From Octopus vulgaris (lineage: Eukaryota): a DNA stretch of 64,000 nucleotides. The stretch is taken from the NCBI GenBank assembly GCA_951406725.2, contig OX597825.1:25730001-25794000 (forward strand), read 5' to 3'. The number at the start of each line of letters is the position of its first letter. Position 1 is the stretch's first letter. Both the position numbers and the translations under genes were made by a program. This document shows, in pieces, positions 39,693 to 53,169 of the stretch. Below the pieces are notes generated by a model that had not been told where the DNA came from, searched no databases, and saw only the letters and a program-made list of their open reading frames with translations.

Positions 39693-42309
39693 TATATATT
39701 TATAATATGCCAATATGCATATAAACGTCTTTATAAACACAAAAGTGCACAGCAATAAATGTTGTGTACATTCCTCGTGGTCACGAAATTGTAGTCTCCG
39801 TTACAGATATGTATATCACGTGTACAACCTTTGTAGTTTTCTTAGAGAATTGAACAGCAGTCATCATATTGCCATTTTGATACCGAGCAAAAATCATCAT
39901 GATAGATGTAAGTCTTTGTTGATATCCAGATGGCTTCCAGTCTTCCATACCAGCTAAATTTTTCTTAACTACAACTTTAATATTCATGCTCTCCAAAGCC
40001 GTCGACTATTAAGCAATGCACTAAGCTGCTTCTCAAAGAAGGAAATATAAAAAAAAACATCGTTTAATTTAGCTCGAACACTATGTATGTATGTACGTAA
40101 GTACGGTATGTATTACATATATATATTATATATATTTATTTTATACATACACATATGTATGTATGTACGTATAGATGTATGCATAGATGTATATATATAC
40201 ATTAATACATACATATATGATTGTGTGCGCTTGCTATTATGCGCCAGTACATTTATTTGAGGTTTTTCTCATCTCATACTCATTTCGAAGTTAGAAGATA
40301 ACGGTGGATATAATTCGGGTTATCTGTTCGGTTCATAACATAGGACTAATTAAGGACGAACGATCGTACTAAAACGACATACAAAATGGAAAACAATAAT
40401 GACGTGGAATGAGAAGGAGATAGCTATGTGTGAAATTTAGTAAATTCAAAGAGATCAGATGTGTGATAAAATAGATGCGACAGTTCGTTCTTAGAAGGAG
40501 AGAAATGCAACAGATGGGCAATTGTCTATCATACGGATCGACTCCTTTTTTGAATCCTTTAGCAGGATTATAATAGTATTATGATAAATCATAAATCACA
40601 GGTTTAAGCTTTTCTGACATTTAATGTCATTGCTATGTTTTCGAAATATGTATTCATTTATTCATATCTTCTTTTCCTCTCTACATTCTAACCAAGTTGC
40701 TTGGATTATTTTTTTCTGCATCACCGACATTATATAACTTAAGAGATATCAACTTAACTTTCCAACTGCAAACTCAAAATAAGTTTGGTCTCATACATTT
40801 AAGTCAAAAGTCAATTTATACATGTTTACACTAACGTCATCTTCTTCCGAAATGTCAAGGTAATACGCAATATATAACAGTCATCTATTCTTACGAAAAT
40901 AGGTTCTTTTATATGAGGCTTCGTAGCCAGGCACATTGAAAAGGAAAATATGATGGCTCGATTGTGTCAAATTAATTGCATCACAGAATCGGTGCAGCAA
41001 GCTTAACTATAGACATGACTATACTCTGTGTTTATGTCTTGATGCGAAGATTAGGATTATCTGATGCTGGGTTATTGCTGCGTCTATTTCTTCTTTCTTA
41101 TAATCACTATTCAGATACATTAAACTTCAGAAACTATTTCCAACATCCATGCCTACAAATTGCGATAGTCAAAGTGGTAGAACCGATCCTAAAACTTGGA
41201 CCTTTTCCGATGTATAATATGAATGCGGTAGTGTCATATTTTGATATGCTGTTGTGTCTAGGGAGAGTCATTTTCTTGTTGTGCCTTATAATTTAACACA
41301 CGCACCGGTAAAATTTCCACTTATTTCTTATTAGATAAGAAATAAGAATAAATTATAAGGCACAAAACGGAAATAACTCTCTCCAGAGACAACAGAATAT
41401 GTTCCAACACACGAACTGACACAAAGAATCTTGCAAACCAAATCCAAAAACGAAACATATTTTGATAATTTGTCATTAAAGTGAAGTAGTTAGACCTTCA
41501 CATTACAAACTTGGACGAGAGAGTAGCTCAGGGTGGACCGTTTCATTCGGTAAATGACTGCGAGGAAGCGAAATCTGAAAAGTCAGGCATAGATAGCAAA
41601 TACTTCCACAATATATTATCACTTATTGCCTGATGTTCAACTTTTGCTGCATGCGTTTTTTACAATGGTGAGACAGCTGTACCCCCTCTTCGTGTGGAAC
41701 AATCGGTGTTATCTAATCCTGAAGACCTATCTAATGTCAACAGCCTCTGCACAGGGTTTGGGATTCAAACAGACCATGTTTGACCGGCGCTTACGGAATA
41801 TACTCTTCCACTGTCAGGTGTTCCCATTGTTCCACAAGAAGAGGAGCATAGTTGTTGGGATGCTGATCGTAGTATTATAAAACAAATACTTTAAAAATGC
41901 GGCAGTAATGTATACATCTATGATAAGCATATCGTACAGCGTAACAACACAATATATTTTACACTGCGTTGATGAATACCTTTTTTTTTATTATTGAGAA
42001 CAGAAAAGTTGTTATATTCTTATATCTGTAATAGTGTATTATCTCTCGAATCTTACAGCGTAAGTTTTATATCTCTGTGGGCACAGAACAATTTTAATTT
42101 GACTAGTTAACGGTTTTTGGATCACTTTTTCGGCCTCTCAAGAGATAGAGTCTGTGTTGAAAAAGCTTTATCTTTACTCTTTACAATAAAGCAGAAGGGT
42201 TTATGAAAAACGTGTACCATACATTTTAGATTAATTAAGAAACCATGAAGAGCACTTATAAATTATTAATATACGACTACTCATACATATACACACTAAT
42301 GCGCCACCC

Positions 42310-42510
42310 TCCATGCACAAGGCTGGGAAATTTGTGGGAGGGGCTAGTCGATTAGATCGACCCCAGTACACAACTGGTACTTAATTTATCGACCCGGAAA
42401 GGATGAAAGACAAAGTCCACCTCGGCGGAATTCGAACTCAGAACGTAACGGCAGATGAAATACCGCTAAGCATTTCACTCGGCGTGCTAAGCATTCTGCC
42501 AGCTCACCGT
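42310..42510 (-). mobile_element. SINE family B
   Basis: GGATGAAAGACAAAGTCCACCTCGGCGGAATTCGAACTCAGAACGTAACGGCAG. Confidence 0.85.
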
Positions 42511-42806
42511 TTTCCCCACCCCTAAATATAATGTATATGATAAAACATAAAGTTAAGAGGTAGGAGAGGTGACAACCGATTTATTTAGGCACTTGATTTC
42601 TATAAGATTACGGCCGTTTCGCAACCTATACCAGAAATTATGCGACCATGCTTCCATTGACATGTGTGCTCGGGATTATACAATGTCATTGTATATTAAT
42701 AAATTAATGGAAATAAAGCTCATCAGATCGTCAGAATATCATGGTTACATCAACAAGTGAACTCTTAAGGTACACGCAAGATTCAAGCTTTATACATACA
42801 TGCAAC

Positions 42807-43180
42807 AGGTGCCGGCGTGGCTGTGCAGTAAGAAGCTTGCTTCCCAAATACAAGGTTCCGGGTTCAGGATCTTCTACTTTAGCCTCGGTCCGGCCAAATC
42901 CTTGTGAGTGGATTTGGTAGAAAGAAGCTCAACGGATATATATATATATATTTGTGTCTGTATGTTTATATTTATATGTATATATGTATTTGTGTCCTCT
43001 CCACCGCTTGACAATCGGTGTTGGTATGTTTATATCCACGTAATTTAGCAATTCGGCAAAAAGAGCGATAGAATAAGTACTAGACTTACAAAGAATATAA
43101 ATCCTGGTGACGATTTGATCGACTGAATGTATTGCTCCAGCATAGCCGTAGTCAGATGACTGAAACAAGTAAAAGAAGTA
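42807..43180 (+). mobile_element. SINE family A; its 3' ~140 bp is duplicated at 43988-44125
   Basis: Family A head and tail; 43041-43180 recurs at 43988-44125 with one substitution and one 1-nt indel. Confidence 0.85.
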
Positions 43181-43202
43181 TATATAGAAGTATATAAAAG
43201 AA

Positions 43203-43243
<41 letters not shown>

Positions 43244-43333
43244 TTTGTTGGCACTGTTAGTTACGAGCAGATCTTCGAAAGCGATGAGAAGCCGAAAGGG
43301 TATGCTCTCACTTTCAGTGTTTTCAAATCCAAA

Positions 43334-43408
43334 CCAAGGAGTTTCTGAGCTGATGATAGAAGTGTCGTGTTGACTAATCTTGAAACGTACGTTCTCAAAT
43401 AACCTTTG
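43334..43408 (+). ncRNA. Type I hammerhead ribozyme-like motif
   Basis: CUGAUGA 43350-43356, GAAA 43382-43385, then CGUACGUU-CUCA; core identical to locus 1, with differences only in the stem II region and distal stem I. Confidence 0.65.
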
Positions 43409-43891
43409 CATTTGATTTTTTGATGTCTTTACCCCCAAACTTTCGTGAGTTGAGTTGAGCAAGCACTATATGAGAGAGGTTTTCTTTAAGTATTAGAAAT
43501 AGTTTTAAAAGTTTTTTAGCTGCTATTTCTAATGAGTTCAGTATGCGGCAAAGTAATTTATTTTACTAAGCCCTTTTATATAATGTAATAATTTGAATTC
43601 GCCTTAAATGTTCCCTTTGCATACTGAACACTTGGTGAAATTGATTAATAATTAATTAATTTTACCCTCAATTGTTGAAATTATAATTAATCTCCCTCTA
43701 ATTAATGCTTCGGATTTTACCGAAATAAGTATAGTGTTTGCTGATTTTAACCCACGCTGGTGGAAAGGGGAGAACAGAAATTCTTCGCTTGCATATTTGA
43801 GTTTGTTGGCACTGTTAGTTACGAGCAGATCTTCGAAAGCGATGAGAAGCCGAAAGGGTATGCTCTCACTTTCAATGTTTTCAAATCCAAA

Positions 43892-43966
43892 CCAAGGAGT
43901 TTCTGAGCTGATGATAGAAGTATCGTGTTGACTAATCTTGAAACGTACGTTCTCAAATAACCTTTG
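43892..43966 (+). ncRNA. Type I hammerhead ribozyme-like motif
   Basis: CUGAUGA 43908-43914, GAAA 43940-43943; one G>A change weakens stem II. Confidence 0.55.
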
Positions 43967-44123
43967 CATTTGATTTTTTGATGTCTTTAATTTAGCAATT
44001 CGGCAAAAAGAGCGATAGAATAAGTACTAGACTTACAAAGAATATAAATCCTGGTGACGATTTGATCGACTGAATGTATTGCTACAGCATAGCCGTAGTC
44101 AGATGACTGAAACAAGTAAAGAA

Positions 44124-44163
<40 letters not shown>

Positions 44164-44963
44164 TCTTAATGAAAGTATGTGACAAATAGGTTGAGAGAAT
44201 AAAAAAGAGAGAATATGAGATGAAGAAAAATGGAGAAGAAATACAGAATAGAAATAGGAAGAATACTTCGATATAGAATAGAAATAGCTTTGTTATCGAA
44301 GTGTTCCTGTAAACAGAACGAGAGAGATAGGTAAGGACGGTAATAAAAATGGGTTTGAGAAAAATGTAAATAAAATAGTTTGGAATAAGTTCGAATTGAG
44401 TTAATTTCTGTCTTAGAGAGTTAAATGTAAGCAATATTTTACAGGTTGGAAATTACATGAATCTTTTGATAGTTTTGCTCCAATATGCTAATAATATAAA
44501 CGAATATGCCTTATTGATGGCCGGAGGACATGTATGAATTGAGGAGAACTGATTTCGAATAAGTACCACACCACTTGGTTTTCAAGCATGAATTGTTATA
44601 AATATATTTAATAAACTTCAAACCGGTAAGAGAGAATAAACAAAAAGAAAAAGAGAGAGAGACTCTACAAACAATATGGTGTTACCTTCACGAATTATGG
44701 TTTAATCTACATATTTATCTATTTCTATAAATATATCTGTTTTCGATTAATAATTCACAACGGTTGTAAAACAGTGGAGAAGTATTCTTTGATCATTTTT
44801 ACTTTGTTAACAAAATCTAGTTTAATCTTAAAGTTATGAAAGAAACACGGATATCGGATATTCCAAGACTTCTAAATTATTTACCATACCCTCGGCGGAA
44901 TGCAAACACGCATATACATACAAGACATTCATATAAATATATGCAGTAGATAGACATAAACAT

Positions 44964-45028
<65 letters not shown>

Positions 45029-45093
45029 GTCTGTATGTGTGTTGTGTGTGCGAATATGTGAGTGTACTTGCATGCGTGATTGTGTACGTGTTT

Positions 45094-45213
45094 TCATATT
45101 TAAAATGTTTGAGTACAATTGCATTTGAGAACATCTGCTGAAGAAATAGTGACAGGAGAAAATTTTCTCCCGGAACTTGTTGTCGAACTTGTACTCGAAC
45201 GTTTTAAATGTGA
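45094..45213. mobile_element. Small MITE-like hairpin element (25-bp inverted ends)
   Basis: TCATATTTAAAATGTTTGAGTACAA / TTGTACTCGAACGTTTTAAATGTGA (3 mismatches); internal palindrome GGAGAAAATTTTCTCC. Confidence 0.5.
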
Positions 45214-45214
45214 C

Positions 45215-45266
45215 ATTTATACATATATACACATATATATATATATGTGTGCATATATATATATAT

Positions 45267-45329
<63 letters not shown>

Positions 45330-45713
45330 GCATATGCATATGCATATATGCATATATATACACATATAAACATATATATGCATTTATATATGCATATATA
45401 TGCATATATATATATACATATATATATATATACATTTATATATGTATATATACATATATATACATATATATTACATATATATGTACATGTATATATGTAT
45501 ATATACATATATATACATATATATATATATATATGTATATATATGTATATATGTATATATATACATAGATATATATATATGTATATATATATATATGTAC
45601 ATATATATACTTGTATATATGTATATATATATGTATACATATACATGTATATGCATATATACATACATATATATACATCTCTCTATCTATCTATCTATCT
45701 ATCTATATATATT

Positions 45714-45795
<82 letters not shown>
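45215..45795. repeat. Long degenerate (TA)n microsatellite
   Basis: Directly visible. Confidence 0.95.
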
Positions 45796-45796
<1 letters not shown>

Positions 45797-46173
45797 TGTA
45801 GTTTTGTAGACTTGTGCTCGCGGAATGTGAAATCTTTTCTCTTTTAGTTTTTGCGTTCATCTTAATAAATGTTGCCTCATATGAATTTACGTAATTACTT
45901 GTAGCCTGGTACTGTTTTAATAAGAATGAACTCGTTCGTTTCTGGTTGGAAATCACAGTTTCTACTTCCTAGTTGACGAAGTGCAAGTCAATTATAACTG
46001 CACGAATGCGCATATGCAATGATCCATATGCACACATATATATACCAGTACGTGTAATAGATATCACTCCATATAACGTACGCACTGGGTTGCTTACACA
46101 CATACACACAAAAACACAGATTTTTCAGCTCGCCCACACATATGTACTCAGACACTTACACCCATTCATACAT

Positions 46174-46226
<53 letters not shown>

Positions 46227-47480
46227 ACTCACACATACACAGCGAGAATATATTCGTTCGGCTGGGTCACCGTAATTATTTCCCTTTCATGCAACCTTCT
46301 GGAGATTTCGTCATCTTGAACTGTTAATCCCCACGAAAAACTTTTCTCTCTCTCCGTTCTTTTTACATTTTCCCTTAATCCTTTCTTTTTTAAAGTGCAT
46401 AGACTCGAAACGTAAAAGACATCCATTCTTCCCGTATCAGTACCAAAAGTCAATCTTTTTACCCAACTTAACATAGAGGTATTGTTAGAAGGCCGAATAC
46501 TGTGGTGTTTTTCTTGAGCGGACTTCTCATACAAGTGCATGGTATATAAAAGCACAGATATATATCGTACCAGACGTGAATCGTCTGGTATAATGCCAGA
46601 ACTGCCAGCTTCTTCAGTCTCAGGCGTCCGATTACCGCATACCAGCCAAATCTTGCTGCCAAGGATATATGGAATAACAGTGTCTTTCCAAACACTGACA
46701 TAGCAAATCACCAGCAGACTTATGAAAACGTAAATATTAGCGTCAGAAGCAGTATTAATATTGCGTATGTGTTGTTTAGTAGTGTTCATAGATTTAATAC
46801 AAAACAGCAAGACATTTGCTGAAGGAACTTTCTATACATTTCGTAGAGTAGAACTTATAGATAATATTAGATTAACATCAGACCGAATTTCGCCGTTAAC
46901 GGTTTATTCAGCCAGTGAATTTTAAAGAATAAAGTCACCTTATAACCAAACATCAGACAAGCTTTCACAGAAACGATGTTGGCATAAGAAAAAAAAAATG
47001 TTTGTTGGTCGAAGTGTAGAGTAGATTATTTTGTGGTTGGAAGCGAGGGAGAAGATGGATTAAGTGTGGGAAAAACGAGGGTTAGACAACAAAAAGAAAC
47101 CTGTTACGGAGAAAGTGAAGCAGTAACAGAAGAAAATAAGGCCTGATAAATTAGTATTAGAAAGCGGGACGGGATGGATGAAGAGATGGTCGTGGATAGG
47201 ACAGAGAGAGTTGGAAAACATATCAAGAGTACCACATATCACAGAAGGGTATAGGTACAACTAGTGTTACATACATACATACATACATAGATACATACAT
47301 ACGTGCATACATACGTACATACACATGCGTGCATATATGCATACACATTCTCATACACCTACACAAACTCACATATATATGAGTATGTGTGCGTTTCTAT
47401 ATGTGCATAGATAGACACGAACACATGTGCATGTACACGCAACGCCCATATGTAGATAAATATAAATATGGCTACACACC

Positions 47481-47517
<37 letters not shown>

Positions 47518-50500
47518 ACACACATACCTTAAAGCAGAAAAGAACACGCATAAAGTTTGGCAAGACTTGACACACACATTTTATTTAGCTGTTGAATAGA
47601 AGGTTTAGAAAGTCTCTGACAGCTGTTTCTAGATTATTCCAGTTATTGGAACATCGTGGAACATCGTATCGAGCGAGGATCCCATAGGCTGAGTATTTCG
47701 TTATCAGAGGGAGGAAGATTAAACATAAGCAACAGTGGGGGAAAATCCCTCATGAATGATAGTTATTGTGGTTCATTAAACCTACAAATGGAGAAGAAAT
47801 CCAATTAAATCCGATTTAAACGGATATCCATTAGGAAAATTTATGAACAGAGAGAATGATTTGAGGATAATCCATGGTGAGGGAAGATGAGAGCTAACAG
47901 TTCCAAAGCTGGAAAACTGTCTTGCCAAACTGTTTGCCTTTACTTTTCTGCTTTAATCTATACCTACCGACTCAAAGGGAAACCACTTATAGCCGCTTTA
48001 GAAAGGAAAGTCACAAAATCACATTTTCAAGTGCAGTTCAAGCAACAATCTTATGCATGCTTGTGTAAGCATACACATAGATATATGCACGCACATACAT
48101 ATATGTTCAGGCATAGGCACACATATACACACTATATAGAAATGTATAGAGTATATAAGGTGTGTTATGAGAATTTATAGAACAAGTATCCTAGAGGAAC
48201 TCAAACTGTTAAATATGGAGAAGAGAATATGTTAAAAATTTGAAAAGAATTTAATCCACGCATTCGATCGTTTCAAACAATACGATCGTTTCAAACAATA
48301 TTAATACGTAAATAACACGGTAGAAAAATTAGAAATGAGTTAAATTGAAATTAAATCAATTACATATTACTCTTCTCCTCGGTGTGAAAAAAGAATACAT
48401 CAAAAAAATAATATTATTATTGTTACAGAAGACTTGATGGAGTGAGTATCACATAACATATTCAGATATACATATCATCCTAATGAAAGATTAAGAGCAT
48501 GCTATGATAGTGTTGTTTAGTCTAGTTGAGTATGAACTAAACTTTAAAATAGTCTAATATTGGGACATATAAGCCTACGACGGGAGAAGTGGGTTTTGTA
48601 CGCATGCGTACATATGTTTAACCTTTAGAATAAATACCATGCTTCAAAACAATGAGTACTTGGGTCAATTCGCTCGATTAAAATTCCTGAATGCACGTTT
48701 CAATGACTGAAACAAATAAAAGATAAAAGTGTCTACCCAAGTCTACTCAACCGCATAGAATACTAACGGGGGCATGGCGCAAACCATTCCTGCTCACATG
48801 CTGATTATTACGCATGGCCCATGACTGGAAGGACCGAGAGAGTATCTCTGTTTGCTCGTGATTACATAAGCACTTAAAACAATAGACAAAATTATGATAA
48901 CTTTTACTGAGCAATTTACAATATCGTAGCAATCCAAGCTCGCTTGCGAGTGACGGCTTCAGTTGTTGCCTTAGACAAAGTGTAAAATTCAACTCAGAGA
49001 CGATAGAATGGTGTGTGACTTAGGATCGAACCCATGATTTTAATGCTCTTACTGAAGGGAAAAGTCATCAGCTGCAATCGAAATTCCTTTTGGGATTGTG
49101 TATTATATATTCCTGAGTTTTGCGACTTCTTAGAATGATGTACACTAACAACATAAAAACAAACATATTTAGGAAATGTTTTACCGATCTTAAGATGAAG
49201 TTTTATTATTTTGATGGAATTTCAGATAGAAAATTTGATAGATTAATAAAAAAACTGCTATTTTACTATACTGAAAGAATATTTTATTTTAGTAGTATAC
49301 TAAAAAAACAAAAGAAAAACAAACACACAAAAAACAGAAAAGAAAAACGATAAAGAAATAAAAACACAAAGCAATATAGTAGAGAAATTGAAAATTCAGA
49401 ATAGTAGTTGCAGTACTATGTAATAACAGCAAGAATGATGATGCTGTTGTTATCATCATCTTCGCCATTACGACTGCTACTACCATCGCAAACATCATCA
49501 AATTCCCCCTCCACCCAGCATAAATACCGCCACCATTATCGCGATCATCATTGTCTTCGTTGTCCTCCTCTTGCTCCTCCTCCTCCTTATCATCATCATG
49601 ACTATCAATACAACAGCAACAACAACAGAAGCAACAACAACTACAACGACAAGAACAGCAATCTCATCTCGATTTAGATGATTTTTAGGCATATTGTTTA
49701 TAACTATCCTTTCTCAATCCCCATTTTATGTGAAGAGTAATGTTAATCTCCATTTCAAAAATTATACAAAAAGATAAAAAAGAAAGAAATAAAGGAAACG
49801 GTTTGGCAAAATAAAAATTATTTCTAGTATCTGTTTGTTATATTGTTGCATTTGAATATAATCAGAAATGAAAATAAAATAATTACACGAAAGTAATGCG
49901 TTATCCTTCAATAAAATATGGTATTTCAATTTATAAAACACAGTTCTCGCTGTTCTGCAAAATATTTTTGAAATTTTAAGAACCAAATACACACACACAC
50001 ACACACACAAAAAAGAAAAAAATGCGGAGAGGAAAATAATACTAAACGATAATAAAGAATAATATGAGATTCAAGAACTCTAAAGTATTGGAGAAAATAT
50101 TCTTTTATAACCAGCACTGATGAAATTCAATAATTGTTTCAACAAGAGAGAGGAACCTGAACTGTTTGAGGAAAACTAGCAAGTGAAAACGTAATTCAAT
50201 GAACATGGATAAACAACTTGAGGATCACATCTGGTTTAATTGATTTGGTTTTAGACAAAAATTCTACGATTCGAAAGTTCGTTTGTTGTAGCCCTATTTC
50301 TGCTGACCAAAATAATTGTTCTCTCAGTTAATCGAACCAAAAATATATCGTCGGCAATTTGTAGTTCAACTCGACACGGGTGGTCAAGAGTGTGCTATAT
50401 AAATTTACAAATGTTTATTTTGTGACCTAAATTAAAATTGCTTCAGGAAGAATAGAATGATGAAGGATGGTCACCAGCTGGTTGTTATTTACTTAAATAC

Positions 50501-50815
50501 ACATTTCCTTAAATACACAAATCCTCAAGTATTCACATTATAACGAACTGCTTAGCTATATTTGTCGGTTTCAGCCAGTGGCTGTGACCTTGCTGGAGTA
50601 CTGCCTTCAGTGATTGGCTTTTATTTCACACTTTCTTGCCAGTTTTCTTTCCGGAACTGTCTTTCGTGGAGTAGCAATATGGACAGAGCTTCATTTCTTT
50701 GTATTTCCTGCCGCGATATAAGTTCCTCTGCTACCTTAATTAAAAAAAAAATGTCCAAATGTTATCTAAAAACATCCACGTTACACCTCGCAGGTTTAAA
50801 ATATTTTCTTGTCTA

Positions 50816-50888
50816 CGAGCTTGCCAAAATTCGAACCAGGGATCTTCTGATCCATAAGCAGACACGTTATCCATTGCTTCATAGGCCC
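50816..50888 (-). pseudogene. tRNA-Arg(ACG)-derived pseudogene (anticodon now ATG)
   Basis: 73 nt GGGCCTATGAAGCAATGGATAACGTGTCTGCTTATGGATCAGAAGATCCCTGGTTCGAATTTTGGCAAGCTCG aligns to eukaryotic tRNA-Arg-ACG; D- and anticodon-stem mismatches; no CCA; TTTT ~14 nt downstream. Confidence 0.8.
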
Positions 50889-51179
50889 ACCTTGATGGCA
50901 GGAACTCACTAAAAGTACTCAATAGAATAATTTAGCACATCAGCTTATAGGGATTAAAGAAAAGTCAAGGAAAAAAGGATAACAATGAAAAACCGTTGCT
51001 CACCAAATCGTTAACTTTCAACCCATCGGGGCAACTATGGAAGTTTGCTTAACGATCAGAGATAGCAATCAGATATTCTGCAATCGTAAATGGTCCTATA
51101 GAAAAAAGGATGTCACATAAAATAATGTGGTCGTGGATACAGTATATAGGAATATTATGACAGAATCATTATGACTAAT

Positions 51180-51757
51180 AAGGCGGCGAGCTGGCAGAGA
51201 CAGTAGCCCGCCGGGAAAAATGGTTAGCAGTATTTCGTCTGCCGCTACGTTCTGAGTTCAAATTCCGCCGAGGTCGACTTTGCCTTTCATCCTTTCGCGG
51301 TCGATTAAATAAGTACATGTTACGCACATGGGTCGATATAATCGACTTAATCCGTTTGTGTGTCCTTGTTTGTCCCCTCTGTGTTTAGCCCCTTGTGGGT
51401 AGTAAAGAAATAGGTATTTCGTCTGCCGGTACGTTCTGAGTTCAAATTCCGCCGAGGTCGATTTTGCCTTTCATCATTTCGCAGTCGATTAAATAATTAC
51501 CAGTTATGCACTTGGGTCGATATAATAGACTTAATCCGTTTGTGTGTCCTTGTCTGTCCCCTCTGTGTTTAGCCTCTTGTGGGTAGTAAAGAAATAGGTA
51601 TTCCTAAGTTCAAATTCCGCCGAGGTTGACTTTGCCTTTCATCCATTCGGGGTCGATAAATTAAGAACCAGTTACGCACTGGGGTCGATGTAATCGACTT
51701 AATCCCTTTGTTTGTCTCCTCTATGTTTATCCCCTAGTGGGCAATAAAGAAATAAGA
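51180..51757 (+). mobile_element. SINE family B concatemer: one head plus three ~184-bp bodies
   Basis: Body restarts (GTATT) at 51230, 51414 and 51598 after the tail AAAGAAATAG. Confidence 0.88.
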
Positions 51758-53169
51758 ACAACCTTCATCACTGGCACTGGCAGTCAGGGACGACCTAATA
51801 CTGAAGCTGAGCAACAACAATAAGTGTAACATGTTTTTTTGAAGTAATATACCTAAGCGAACAAAATCTCATGTGTTGTCTATTATCAACCATGCTTATA
51901 GCATCACACATGCAATTGAAACTATCATAATCAAGGTAATCAATTGTCACAGTTTCCGATCAATCTTAGTGAATGCACGTAATACTTCGCCATTGCGACG
52001 ACAACACTAAGAGCAAAGACGTTGTGCTTGACATCAGCAATTCTTTAAGGTTGAGTCCCGTGAACAATTCAAATATAAATTTCCCAGCTATAAACTAAAT
52101 ATAGCAGCGCATTTCTTGAATACATACATTTCTAGCAGACAGACATTTTTCCATAAATAGGCTATACACAAATAACTGTCAAACGCTACATAATGTATGC
52201 AACACAATATTTGAATATCTCTAATGGCAACATCATTTAAGTAACGTTATAAAAACTGCATCAGATAAGCGTGTATGTATGCGTGTGTATACATGTTTTT
52301 GCCAATCTATGTATGTATGTATGTATGTATATATGCATATATACAGAAGCAAAATATGTTCCATACATAATATTAACACAGGAATATGTTCGCATGTCTA
52401 CATACTTATACGCACATATGCAATAAAAATATAGAAATATATAGTTTCGTTACTAAAAGCTTGTTGCAATAACAAATTCAGGTATGAAATACATACGAAC
52501 ATACACATACGCATACGTCTACACAAAGCTTTTAAATTTTTTTATACTGAAAGTCAGTAGAATTAAATAGTATGTTGAACATTTGCCGATTGCATTTTAA
52601 GATTATTATTAAAGTAAGGCCAAGTATTTTATGATCTGCTTTGAGCAGACATTACAACAATTTTTTTTACCGATTTAATGTTTTCAAATAATCGCTGTGT
52701 AACAGAAACTGTGAATGCATGATTAAGAAACAGTGTGAAAGAATAAATATCCAAAGAGAAATTAGAAGCCGAAAACGTCAGTGAGACTGCGTCATGGAAG
52801 ATCACTTATTCTGATAGAATCTCGGTTTTAATATGTTATGGTGACAAAATAAAACATTTTTGTTCGGATAAAGCGTTTCACAATAATTTCGTCTCTAATA
52901 AATGATATCTTGTAAAATACAAAATAATATTATTTATCGGAAAAATACCTTTGTGGAATTTAGTTACACCAGTTTATGTTTAGAGTTTGAATCCGGAAAC
53001 AACAATTAACATTCCGGTGGAGCCCTAATCGATTTTAGAATAAAATCCTGAAATGGAAGTAATTATTGATGGTTTCATCACTATATCGTTCGTCGTTATA
53101 AATCAACACACTATAATTCATATCGAGAATTTCTCCTTCATATCTTTCCAACAATAAATCTACCATTCC

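Larger units (their letters stand above)
43240..43989 (+). mobile_element. Second locus of the candidate retrozyme-like element (~1.3 units, period 558)
   Basis: Diverged homolog of 8776-9882; GAGTTTGTTGGCACTG at 43241 and 43799; start and end phases differ from locus 1; hammerhead-like motif in both copies. Confidence 0.75.

Noticed and set aside
45107-45200. Type III hammerhead reading of the 45.1-kb hairpin
   Set aside because: GAAC instead of GAAA, and stem I cannot form in register with C3
46229-46810. 193-aa minus-strand ORF, with a nearby TATA-like motif and 9-bp hairpin (46568-46590)
   Set aside because: No recognisable domain and it overlaps repeat fragments; the motifs are too short to support a call
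48265-48300. 18-bp tandem duplication CGATCGTTTCAAACAATA
   Set aside because: Simple slippage-type duplication with no further structure
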